A stretch of 64,000 bases of DNA from Sminthopsis crassicaudata. Its lineage: Eukaryota. The notes under the pieces are model-generated. The model saw only the letters and a list, made by a program, of their open reading frames with translations. It did not search any database and had not been told where the DNA came from. The position numbers and the translations under genes were made by a program. The number at the start of each line of letters is the position of its first letter. The stretch's first letter is position 1. The stretch covers positions 348,306,454 through 348,370,453 of the forward strand of contig NC_133620.1 in NCBI RefSeq assembly GCF_048593235.1, written 5' to 3'. Of the stretch, positions 48,901 to 60,700 are shown one piece after another.

Positions 48901-51900
48901 GGATCCCTTGCTGGTTCTTTGAGGCGGTGAATAGTCAAATCTCCAGCGTCCATCTTATGCAGATTGCTCCCAGCTTCATTATGTGCTCAAGGGTATGTAC
49001 ATTTTCAGAACCGAACAGTCTGCCAGATAAACCTCTGCCAACAACTGCTGCTTGTATGAGTATATTCTCCTCCTAGCCTCCGGGGTCCCTGAGCTGGGAG
49101 GGACTCAGAAACCACATAGTCTCATTTTGCAGATGGGGAAACTGAGGCCCGGGGTGTTGTCCAAGGTCACACAGGCAGTGTCAGCTCTGGGATGTAAACG
49201 AGGGTTCACCAACTTCGGTCACTGCTTATTCCATTGAAAAGATGGATTATGTGTTATTCGGGATTCTCCGGAAAACCCCTCCCTGCCATTGTAGTAAGGT
49301 GAGAGCTTACTGTACCACTTCCTCCTGTCTATTTCTCCACCTGTAAAATCCATGTTGTGGATTACAAGTAACATGTTGATGTCACCCTCAAGGTGACGCG
49401 CTTATGTTCTTGCGGCCACACTGGCCAGCCCTCCCTTGGCTGTAGCACATTCTGAGGGCAGCCAGGAAGAGGAGAGAAATGTCCCTCAGAGGCCTAGGGC
49501 CCAGGGGCAAGGTTAGTCAAGCTGAATTATAAGGATGGTGGTAAAATACAAATGTTACCAAGTGAATGATGGTGAAATACACAGAAGACAGTTACCAAGA
49601 GTGATGGAGAACCAGACTGCAGACCTGAGTATTGAGGAGGTGAAATTGAGACTGGTTACTTTCATACAGTGTGGGAGAGCACGGCCCCTGACTCAAAATG
49701 CCACTCAAAGTGAAGATTAGCAGCTTTATTAGGGTCTCACCTAGGAGAAGCGGGCAGTCCTCACTGAGCGCTCAGAGGAAGCCCATGGTTACAGTTAGAA
49801 GCGATTTAAATAGTCAAAAACCATAGGAACTCACGACTCCCTCCCCTCATTCGGTTAATTTCGCAGCTTGCTCACTGCTTGCTTAAGTGGAGGTGGTAAA
49901 TATGTTACAAAGGTTTGCTAAATTCTAGTCATCTGGATCCAGTTGACTTATTGCAGGTGTGCTTGCCTAAGTTTGCTATGGTTGGCGCTTCACAATGTTT
50001 GCGGATGCTCGCTTGAGCTGATAGGAGCATTCTACTGTAATGTGTGTACAAAGAGTTTCATTTCCCCAAACCCATCAGACTGTCCTAAACTAAAATTTAG
50101 ACTGCAGGCTCAGTCTACCTTAGTTAATGATTTTATGTGAAACCACACCAATCCCTCACAATTCCAAGGTCAGTGGGGTCAGGACAGTGGCAGAGCTGAC
50201 TGTTATTTGGGCTTTGGTGATGGGAGTTCAGAGCCTGAAGGTCCAGGAATATGACTCTAAGTCTTACAATGGGACCCAACAAAGGCTAACACTGAGCTGA
50301 GTATCCGGTCCTTGGCATTGGGATCTCTTATTCCCCCTCTGTCACTTTCCTCCCCTTCTACTCAGTGACTCTGTGCTTTTCCTTTGTAAGATTAAGAGGA
50401 CCCAGAAGGCCGGAACCACCCCTCCCTCTTTCTTCTGGTTCTTTGCAGTTTGTAATAGGCTTTGCCCACAAGGGTTATTAAAAAATTGACTTTGTTAAAA
50501 GCATTATCTGTATTTAGCAAACTCTTGTGCTGAGCTCTGGGGTGGGGGTGGGGGAATGAAATCCCAGCTCCTGGGCTTCTTGGCTTTCTTACTGGGGTCT
50601 GGTTTAGTTGTATGGAGAGAAATTTTTTTCTGGGGGCTTGAGTAAGAGATCCACACATTCTGCCTGTTTCCAGATACTTGGGTCCCTGAAATCCTGGGGG
50701 AATTGCTTCAGGAACTAAAACCCATACCTCTTTGGCACCTTATTTTAGCTTGGGTGAAATGAGGTGATGGGAATAGCCGATGAAGGTGTTCCCCTCCACA
50801 TCCCACTTCCTCCCAAGCGTCTCTCCATGGGCTGGGGCGTGGACACGGCTACCCGAGGCTCAGATTTGTGTTTTGCTTCTAGTGTGCAGGCCCGGGGGAT
50901 ACTGACTCTGGGGATGCCTGCCCCACCACTGCTGGCACCAGAAGAGGAAGCCAAGAACAGAAAGCGACCATGGCCCGCCAACGGGCCCAGCCTTGGCCCT
51001 CCCTTCCCACGGGGGCTAAGTGTCCCGGATCTGTCGGCTGCTCCTTTCTTCCCAAGTACTGGCTCCAACAGCCTGGACATTCGAGCTGGGGGCCTCCAGG
51101 ACGCTCCCCGCTTCCCAAGGACGCAGGAGCCCCTGCGGGCCGCCCGTCCCACCCCTGCCCAGCTGTGCCACCCCCCTGCCCAGCTTTGCCACCCCCCTGT
51201 CCTGAGCCGGTTGAGCACAGAGCCACTAGAGCCTCTGCCCACAGAAGGCGCCTGCCCTTGGGCGGCCAGAGGGGGCAAAGTCACGGGGCTGTATGCCGAA
51301 CTAGTAAAAGAGTTGGAGTTACAGATGGCAGAGCTTCGGAGGCTGCTGGTCTCCAGGGAAGAAGCAGTTCTGCAGCAAGAGAGGAGGATCCGTGAGCTGG
51401 AACTGGAGAATCAGCAGCTCAAGGGTCAACTGCGGAGCCTAGAGGAACAGAACGATCTGTTGTCCAGCACCCGAGGTGGCGAGGGGCTCAAAGAGCCCTT
51501 TCCCAACAGCAGCCTCAGCGCTGGGAGCCGCAGCCTGGGTAATGGGAGCTGGCCTCCCTGGGACCTGGACGGGGGGCCCTCAGGCTGGCCTGCAGAGATG
51601 ATTGTGGGCTCCAGCCAGCTTTGCCTACCATTTCCCTCTCTTTGAGCAGCCCACTTTTCTGGAGATTCGCCTTCTCCTACAAGCTCTGCCTTTTCCTCCA
51701 CTCCAGGGCTTTCTTTCCTTTTGCTCAGGCCCTTGTTCATGACACTACTTCCCAGATTCTGTCCTTCCTCCCCAAGAAGCCCTTCACCATGCCACCTTCT
51801 CCTGTGCTCAGTCACTCATGATCCCTTTGCCATCCTGGACTGACAGGTGGCTGCCATCCCTCCTCTTCCCTAGAACCCTCTGCTTGGTGCCTCTCAGCAG

Positions 51901-54255
51901 GGGCCTCCCAGAAGCAGGACCAATACTTCCATGCATCCTGGACCCATAACAAAAGGAACCTCAGAAAGAGGGGCTTGGAAAAGAGGTCCTCATGCTGGGG
52001 GGGGTTAAGGTTAGACTCCAGTAAGTCCTCCCGGCCCCATCCACAGCCATCCCCATAGGTGTGGCCTCTCTCTTCTCAGATGTCAACGAAGGGAACATCC
52101 AGTTCCTCAAAGGCCTGGTGGGGCTACTGGAGAGCAACATGGCATTACAGGTGGGTCCCTGATGAGCTAGTAGCTCCTGGGGCCCAAGGAAGAGGGACAG
52201 AGATCAGGCAGTGGGTGGGTGTCAGGACACACTTTTGAAAATCATCCAGATGCCCATGGTCCCCAAAGTCCACACCCAAACATATAAAACAATGGAGCTA
52301 AATGTAAATGTGCATCTCATTTTGTGTGCTGCTTCCTCTCCAGGAGCATATAGTTTACACCTTCCCCACAAACCCTAGCTGACTTCAGTTGCCCACAGGT
52401 GGAGGATGTGAAGGGGGCAAGGGCAGGGGGAAGAATCCAGCCCTTGGTTGTGGGGCTCAAAGGGGCCAGTTAGAAGCAGGAAAGCCAGGGGCATGTTCCC
52501 AGGAGGGTACCTGTAACAGGCAAGAAGGTGACCAGTGGCCTGGCACTGGTGAAAACATTGCCAGCATCTTTGGGAGAGGCTGCCAACCTTTCTTGTAAGG
52601 GATACCATAGGAAGCTGAAGAGCTGCGGCTTCTCTTTCTCAGAGTTGCTCTCTCTTCCTTCTCCAGGCGAATGGCCTTCCAGCCCCACTTCCCACATCAC
52701 CACCTATAGAACCCAAGGGATCTCCCGCTGAGGCCCCACGGTCCCCACCAGTCTGTAGGCTTCGAGCAGGACTCCCCAGTGGCTTCCCAGCATGGCTGAA
52801 CTCTGAGGATGGGGTGGGCAGCCCTGCTACGCTGAGTGAGGCCACCTGCCTGTGGGAGGAGAATATACAGGATACACTGCCGGATGGAACCCCTGTGTGG
52901 GCGTCACCTGTGGAGGTGGGTGGGTGCTGCGCATGACTCAGTTCCCCAGGGACTGAGAAATGAACCTCGAGCCCTTGAAGAAGTCAATCATTCAGTATCT
53001 AGATCCAGACACTTGGGGATGCTGGTCCTGAAGAGATGCCCATGAAAGCATCAAGCCAGAGGGATGGAGTGTTGACAGGCTAATAATGCCTTTTTGTCTT
53101 CTCTAGGAGAATGGGAGACCCAAACTGGAGCTGATCCCCAACTCAGGGGTCTACATCACTCACCACCAGCTAGATGACCTGTCTCAAGTATCAACAGACA
53201 AACCCAAGTTGATGACAAGGCGTATGTTGGATTATTTCTTCTCTCGGGAGACACTGGCTCGTTCCTCTGCCACTGGGCAACGAATTGCACATAACAACAC
53301 CACCATGGAGAAGCCCATCCGGCTGCCTGTTGCTGTAGTCAATGCCATCAAAGGTACCCAGAGGCAGATTCCCACCAAGGCAGTTGTTTTGTGAGGCTGG
53401 AGGAGGGAAGGAGCAGTCTGCACTGTTAGCTGGAATGGGCTATACAATAGTGGCCTGAAATCCCAGATTGCTTTAAGGAGTCCCAACATTTTATATATAT
53501 ATATATATATTTTTTTTTTTTTTCTGAAATGACTCAACGTCTCTCCTTTGGCAATAGATACAGTTCTGTTTTCCAAGTTGTGATTATTAAAACAATTAGA
53601 GAAAGCTGAGACACATTGTGGGTACAGGTCTAGTTCAGTCATGAGTTGTTAAAAGGGTGGTATTCAGTACACTGAGGGATGCATCTGCAGGAAGGATAGA
53701 GGGGAGATATGAGGAAAATCTGGAATGATAACAAAGATGTAAATCTTTTAAGAACAACCTGATAGTCTATACAGGGTTACGAAAAAGGGGATGAGACCTT
53801 GTAGGGTTGGAAGGTTAAAAAGCATTCCTAGGTCCAGTGTTCCTTTCTTGCCCCGCCCCCCAATTCTTTTCTCTATTTATGGGCCAGATCTTAGAGAGCA
53901 GGGAGGAGACAATTCTCCATTTCTATGTCAGCTCTCCCTGATTTGTGGCCTCCTATGGTTCCAGCTTTTGGCCTAGTCCAGGCATTTTGGTTTGATATGG
54001 GCAGTGAGAAGGATCTGGGAGGCTGAGTAACATCTTTCCCTTATAAACTCAGATCACAGTGGTATTACCTGGGAGTTCACTCTTGCCTGCCTCCCACTCC
54101 TGACCAGGAGCTAGATCTGAGCAGCCCCCTTTCTGTCTTCCCCAGAATATGTCACCAAGGTGTGTGGCCGTGGCTGTAACTTTAATGCCGTCATCAACAG
54201 CAAGTGTGGGACCTCAAGGAGGGCAGTCAAGAAGATGATTGTAAAGATGGAGTGA
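48681..54255 (+). CDS. Unnamed coiled-coil plus NACC-type BEN-domain protein, 515 aa, 6 coding exons
   Basis: Exons 48681-48895, 50883-51538, 52080-52150, 52667-52915, 53107-53353, 54146-54255. All five introns are GT-AG with pyrimidine tracts; phases 2,1,0,0,1 join into one 1548-nt open frame. C-terminus KLELIPNSGVYITHHQLDDL...LMTRRMLDYFFSRETLARSSATG...LPVAVVNAIKEYVTKVC...FNAVINSKCGTSRRAVKK aligns by eye to the NACC1/2 BEN domain. The exact N-terminal start is less certain. Confidence 0.85.
49670..50147 (-). mobile_element. Probable solo LTR, antisense in the first coding intron of the BEN gene
   Basis: TGTGG...CCACA ends; AATAAA on minus near 49726; CpGs present; no convincing TSD found. 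Confidence 0.5.
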
Positions 54256-54832
54256 GTGGGGTGAGGGGGGTGGGCCAGGTCCTACAATCTGCCAGCAGAT
54301 ACGTATTTTTTAAAAGCGCTCTCCAAGCAAGCACTGCACCATCAGGATCTGTCTTCAGGAGAGTCATGGGAATGGATAATCCTTCCCCTAAGCTTTGTAT
54401 TTTTTTCTGGGCATATTCCTGTTCTGAGGGCTATATAGGAATTGAATCCTAGTATCTAGGATCTCATGTGAGCTGTGAAAAGTCTGGTCAGCTGGGCAGA
54501 GAAGAGAAAAAAAAAGTGAGGGAATGATTGTTGTCCCATCTCCTTTGGCGCTGTTGGCTTTGGGAAGGGCAGCCAGAGCTGAGGACTAAGTGGCCAGAGA
54601 CTATACTATCTCCCCAACCCCGTGTTCTTATGTCCATGTACATTCTGGAAACAAGTGGTGTTGATTTGGGGTAGTGAAGAGGAGCCTCACTGAATGACCA
54701 GCTCCATGCAGGGGTTATGTTGGTCTCCCCTACCAAAGGAGAGGTCTGTCTGCAGAGCAGGCATCTTGAGAGATCAAAATTCATGACCAGAAGACTTCAC
54801 AGACTTTCTTGTACATAAGCCAGAACATTTCA

Positions 54833-54838
54833 AATAAA
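54833..54838 (+). terminator. Candidate poly(A) signal of the BEN gene
   Basis: AATAAA about 580 nt after the stop, with ATTAAA 12 nt further on. Confidence 0.6.
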
Positions 54839-56584
54839 GGTTGGATTAAACCAAGGTCACTGCTGCTGCTGATTTGCCACATCCTTCCATTCTTTCTAGA
54901 TCATGGGATTTTAGAGGTAGGAAAAACTACAGCATCTTAGTCGATTGGGAAAGTGCTTTGCTCAAGACCATCCACATGCTAAAGAAACAACAATTAAGAG
55001 GCAAACTAGTGTGACCTCTGCGTCCTGACGGTCTGTACTCTTCAGAACTCAGGTGGACTTGCAAGTTGCTAATCTTTTTCCTCTTGATTAGGGGAAGATG
55101 CTTGGTCAGTGTCCACATTTAGTTTTGAAACTTAGAAACAGTTGCCAGGAAAGGGAAAAACCCTTGCTACCTGGGGGAAAAACATGAGAATGGGGGCCTT
55201 CTGCTGAGGTAGAAAAGAGGCTAATTTATTATTTACTGCTAGAATTTGGAAGTGTTTAAAACAAAATATTGTTTGCCAATATGGGCTGGAGGAATGGTGT
55301 TCAGATCTATGATTTTCTCAGTGTAGAGTTCCCAGTGAGAAACTTTTTTTTTTTTTAAAAAACACAGATGGGCAACTGTTCTGTAAACTAATCTTTAATT
55401 GCCAGTGGAAAAATAAGGTAGACACAATTCATGATCCTGTCTGTCAATATCTGAGTCCTTAGTTTTCTTTGCCAAATAGAAATGGCCTTTTGTCCAAGTT
55501 TGGACAAGCTGCTGTTCTTAACACCTGAGTTCCAAGTGGCTGTAGTGTGCAATTAGTAAGGAAGCATTGAAAAATGAAACATGGAAACTGCTAGATCTCT
55601 CCTGCCACCCAATATGTTGTAGATATGGACACTAGCTCTAGCTCATTAGGACATGGTTTTAGAGGACAGATATTTAGAATACCAACTACAAATTCTCTGA
55701 GAGCATAATGACAATGCTAGCTTCATTTTACCATTAAGGAAACAGATTTAGAAAGTTAAATGACTTGTCTTGGCTAGTGAGTTGAGATTGGGATTCAAAT
55801 TTCAGTTTGCCAACTCTGTTTAGCAGCTATGTGCCATTCAGCTTCCATACTGTTAAGTAGAAAGTTGCCTAGCAAACACTGGTAACAAAGGGAAAATTCT
55901 AGAGCAAAAGTGGATGGCTCAGGATAACCTCTCCCCACTATAGCACATCTTTAGCAAATGTCCTTCCTCGAATAAATTATAATTCTCTATCAACAAGGAA
56001 ACCATTTTTTTATCTTGAACCTTAATCTAGCTTCTTAAGTAAATGACTATGTTCTGTCAGGAGCCTTTTCTGACCTCTGCCTGATGTCTCACCCTTTCTT
56101 CTTTGTACTTAGGTTAAGAAATGCAGAGGTGCTTGCTCCTTATTTTCATAACCCTCCTCACTACGACACAAGCACCTATTGAAATAAGCCACCCAAGTAA
56201 GACAGGCCATGAATGGAAGCACACTTCTGCAGCCTTGTGGTTAATGGGTGTGCCTCCACCATGGAGTCAGTTTCTCCTCTGGGAAAACTGGTTTATATAA
56301 GAAAAAAATGAGGACATCTACCCAAATAGGTTCCCTATGGGATTATGCCATTATTGGGCATGCATAAGTGGTAATACCTACCTTTGCAATTTCAGATGGG
56401 ATTCCCTGTTAAGGGCAAGAAGGGTAAGAGAAGCTAAGCTTTACTTTCTCCTTGGGCCCTTCTCCAAGCTCCTGAAGTTCTAGATTCCATCCCCACCTTA
56501 CTTTTTCCCCAGTGAAAATTCTCCAGGGTAAAAGACAAAGAGAGCCTCAAGGTCAAGCTGCTGACTTTGCCTCAGGCAACTAAA

Positions 56585-56590
56585 TTTATT
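56585..56590 (-). terminator. Candidate poly(A) signal of SP2
   Basis: AATAAA on minus about 1.2 kb after the SP2 stop. Confidence 0.6.
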
Positions 56591-56628
56591 AGCAAGAAAA
56601 AATTATTTGTCAGCTCTGTGCTGACCAA

Positions 56629-56768
56629 NNNNNNNNNNNNNNNNNNNNNNNNNNNNNNNNNNNNNNNNNNNNNNNNNNNNNNNNNNNNNNNNNNNNNNNN
56701 NNNNNNNNNNNNNNNNNNNNNNNNNNNNNNNNNNNNNNNNNNNNNNNNNNNNNNNNNNNNNNNNNNNN
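56629..56768. other. Assembly gap (N run) in the SP2 3'UTR
   Basis: Run of n. Confidence 1.
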
Positions 56769-57767
56769 TGTAGGAGACACAATATTGTCTATTATACAAT
56801 ATACACTATACACAAATGGGATCTGAGTAGGGATATGGGATGAGATAAAAAGAAGAAAGGGGAGAGGAACAATATGTTTTGTATGTGAATGTGAGGGTTC
56901 TTAAAAAAAAAAAATCAGATTCCGGATTCAAACTGAAATTTTACGTTATTTAGAAGTGAAAAGTCTATGGAGAAGGAAAAATTTTTTTCTGTTCATCATT
57001 GTCCAAAAAACAAAAACCCCAATCCCAAACTGAAAAAGGAATGGGGGAAGGAGAAAGATAAGGAAAGGAAGTAGGAAGCAATTAAATAAAATTATTTAAA
57101 AGCGCACACAATACACAGTGTTCATTATCTGGAGTATAAGGCAACGTTCTTCATAGAAAAACAGGGAAGATCAGAAGGAGTCTGTGGTTATATATACTTT
57201 TAAAATATAAAGTTGGAATGTGCTGGAAGAAAGTTTGTTTTTTGTTTTTTTTTTGGGGGGGGGGATGCAGGTGTCCTTCCCACTTTCTCTGTGGATAGCC
57301 CTTGGATGGGGCTCTGTTGCTGCCATGCTGCCCTCTGGTGGGAATAGGGTATGACAGACCCACAGAAGAGGGGATGGCACAGAGGGATGCATCTCCTTTC
57401 TGGCTCCCCTGCCCTGGGCCACATCAGTGCTATGAGATAGGGGAGGAGAAAGGAAGGGGACTCACTTGGCTCCTCGATGGAGTGAAATTCATGTTTTTCC
57501 TTTGGAAATAAAGGTTCCCACTCGTCCTGGTTTAGAACGTCTCATTGTACGTGGCCAATGTCCGGGATCTGGGCCAGGAGCTTATGGTGGAAAGAAAAGG
57601 GGCTGTTGTGGCAGCCAAATGGCTTAGGAAGGAGGAAACATGGTTATTGAAGCCCCTCTCTGCAGGACCACAGTCAGGGAATAAGGAGTCAGCAATGGTG
57701 CCTCTGACTCTGGAGGCCCCAGGCTGAATTGGAGTTGAATCTGCAGAGCCTTCAACCGCTGTTGGCT

Positions 57768-60700
57768 TTACAAATTCTTTGTGACCAGATGGGTCTTGTA
57801 ATGCTTGGTTAGGTGGTCGCTCCTCATGAAGCGCTTCTGACACTGGGCACACTCGAAACGCTTGTCACCTGGGGAGAGAAAAGGCCTGTCATTCCTGCCC
57901 CCTACTTTCCACATTCAGCATATCCTAGAGGTCCTGCTCCACAGAGCTCATCCCCCAAAGGCAGGAAATAAGAGAGTGCAAACACCCAAATGAAGATGTC
58001 CTTAATCAAGTCCCACCTCAGACCACATATAAACTGGTTTCAGACACCCTGTGGTTCCACTGAGCCACTTTACTTTCTTATTAGTCTCCAGCACAATTTT
58101 TTACACCTATTCCCTGATCCTCTGAATGTGATTTGTTCATTTCGATTCCATGCTTTTGGGTTATTCTCTACACTTGGAATGATGCCCCCCTAATTGTTTC
58201 CCACAAATCTATACCTGCCTTCCAAATAAAAGGACAATATTTCTAGTTTGAACCCAAGCCTTTCTAATCTCTTCAGCACTCAAGATATTCAGCTGGTACT
58301 TTTAAGTCTAGCCATGCAAGTGGCTCTATTAGTTGTTTCATGAATGTGCATTTTCTCTCTCCAACAAATGTTGCACTCCCTCCCTGATGGTCAGTATTCT
58401 ATTACCCCAAAAGATAACCGACTCCCAAGAGACTGGGCAGAAGAACCAAATTTTATTTTTTCTTTTTGGCGGTAATTAGCTCAGTTTTCTGTGTTATGGG
58501 GAGGAATTAAGAGTTTCTGCTGCAAATTCCAGCCCCACTCAGGAAGTGAATCACAATCATAAGAAAAGAGTTGGGAAGCCATAAAAAGTCATCAAGTCCA
58601 ACTCCATTTTAAGGATAAAGAAACAGGCCTGGGGAAGATAAGGACCTTGTCCCGGGTCACAAAGGCAAAGGTCAGAAGTCGAGCTACTCCCTGCCATCTA
58701 AGACTGGGGGGGGCACGGAGATGGGCTGACCTGTGTGGGTGCGGGCATGCCGCTGGAGCTCATCACTACGCGTAAACCTCTTGCCACAATAAACCCAGTT
58801 ACAGACGAAGGGCCGCTCTCCAGTGTGCAGGCGTACGTGGGCACGCAACAATGATGTCTTTCGGAAGGTCTTGCCACAGTCAGGGATGTGGCACACATGC
58901 TTCTTCTTCCCCTGCTCTCCAGACCTGGGGGGGATTTGGAGGGAAGCAAGAGTGAAGGCAAAGGGAGAGCACCCCAGGATGGGCCAGGAGAGGTACAGCA
59001 TGGGGGCAGGAGGAGTAAGGGGGAAGGACGGCACAATAGGAGGGTGAGAAGGGCCCACCTTCTTCTCTTAGAATTACCTTTTCTCCCCATCCTTGCAGTT
59101 GGGGCAAGTACAAGCCATACGACGCCTCTTCTCCCCTGGCTGGACCTCTCCTGCTAGGGCCTGCTCCATCTGCAGCTGAATCTGCGTGGGGCTCAGGCCA
59201 CTGATAGTCAGGTTGTTCCCAGAAACATTCTGTACAGTGAGCTGCTGCTGTCCTGAGGGAGGGGCAGGAAAAGGAGATGGAGGTGGGAACAAAGGCCTGG
59301 CTCAGACACTGGTCCCTCCCACAGGTGGAACCCCATCACTCTTCTGTCCCCCATTTGGATCTAGAAAGGCTCTTGCATCTCAAAGATGCTGTGTAGCAAC
59401 ATCCCACCCCCAACCCAGCTTCAGGGAAGTCCTCAGGGAGAGTCTATCCCTGCATGTAAGTAAGAAACAAGCTGCAATCAATCAGGGCACTTTGGAAAAA
59501 TTTCTAAGACAGAGAAGTCACAAACACAGCAGAACCAGACTAAAGTGTCAGTGGGAACTATTTAACAAAAATAAAAATACAATAAAATGTAGATACAACT
59601 TATTTTAAAACTAAATATGTCACTTACAGGGATCCTGATGTATATATTTGTGCTCTTACCCCCTCCCCCAATTCCTATTTCAGTTTAACACCTAAGATAG
59701 TAATGCATGAGCTGATCAACCTTGTGGAAACTATATTATCTTAGCCCTGAGGGTCAGCTGGTCAGGAACCAAAGGAAGAATAGCAATAGCCCCTTCTCTA
59801 CCTTTCCACTGACAGGTGAAAAGTCTAAAATGCATTAAGAATTAGGAAGATTGAAAAAGCTATCATTAGTCTGAAAATAGTCCTTTGCTTAGTTACAGTG
59901 CAGTGTTAGTGATCACCATGGGACAGTTATTTGCAAGGCTGATAACCTATTTGCATTGCTAGTACTAGACCTTGATCCTATCTGAGGAAGGTCTCCTTTC
60001 ACTCCCATCAGACTTAATACTCCTTTATCCCAATTCTCCCCAGCACTTCCATTCTCACTTTGGAGCACATTCCTTTGCTTTGGTCTGTGAAAGTGTTTCT
60101 AAAGATTTTCAAGTGTCCTATCTCCTCAATCCTGATAGTTTATCATGGTTCCTTAAGGGCCTTTTCCATTTGCTTGTTTACAGCAGAAACTGCCCATAAA
60201 ATTGTCTCTCCACTTAGAGAAGAGGGACTATCTTTTCCCTTTGTGTCCCCAGTGCTCAGCCCAGTGCTTAATGGCTTGCCATTCATTCATCCCTTCCTCC
60301 TTCCATCAGAGGAAGGACTCACGGTAGCATCAAGGATACGACTGCCCAGTCAGTGCTGTGGGCAGACAGACTCTTACCTCCAGTGTTGGTGATAGTGACA
60401 GGTACACCTTGGACCTGGACACCATTGATATTAATGGTCTGCATAGCTTGCGCAGCTGCTGCCAGCTGGGCCGCATTCAGGCTGATGATGCCTCCAGCAG
60501 GAGCAATCTTTGGCAGGGGCCGTTCCTTCCGAGAAGTGGCCGTTGAATGCTTTTTACTGGTGCTTCCCAAGTGGGGGCTCCGGGTTACAGGGCTACTACA
60601 GGAGGTGGTAGAGGCAGCAGGCACTGTCACCGAAGGGGGTTCTTGTAAGAGGACTGTCTGCAGCTCCCCCGAAGGCATTCTGATATAAATCTGGGTGGGA

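Noticed and set aside
50764-50882. ATG at 50764 as the main start of the BEN gene
   Set aside because: A strong acceptor at 50882 is phase-compatible with the upstream exon 48644-48895 at the CpG island; 50764 is kept only as a possible alternative isoform.
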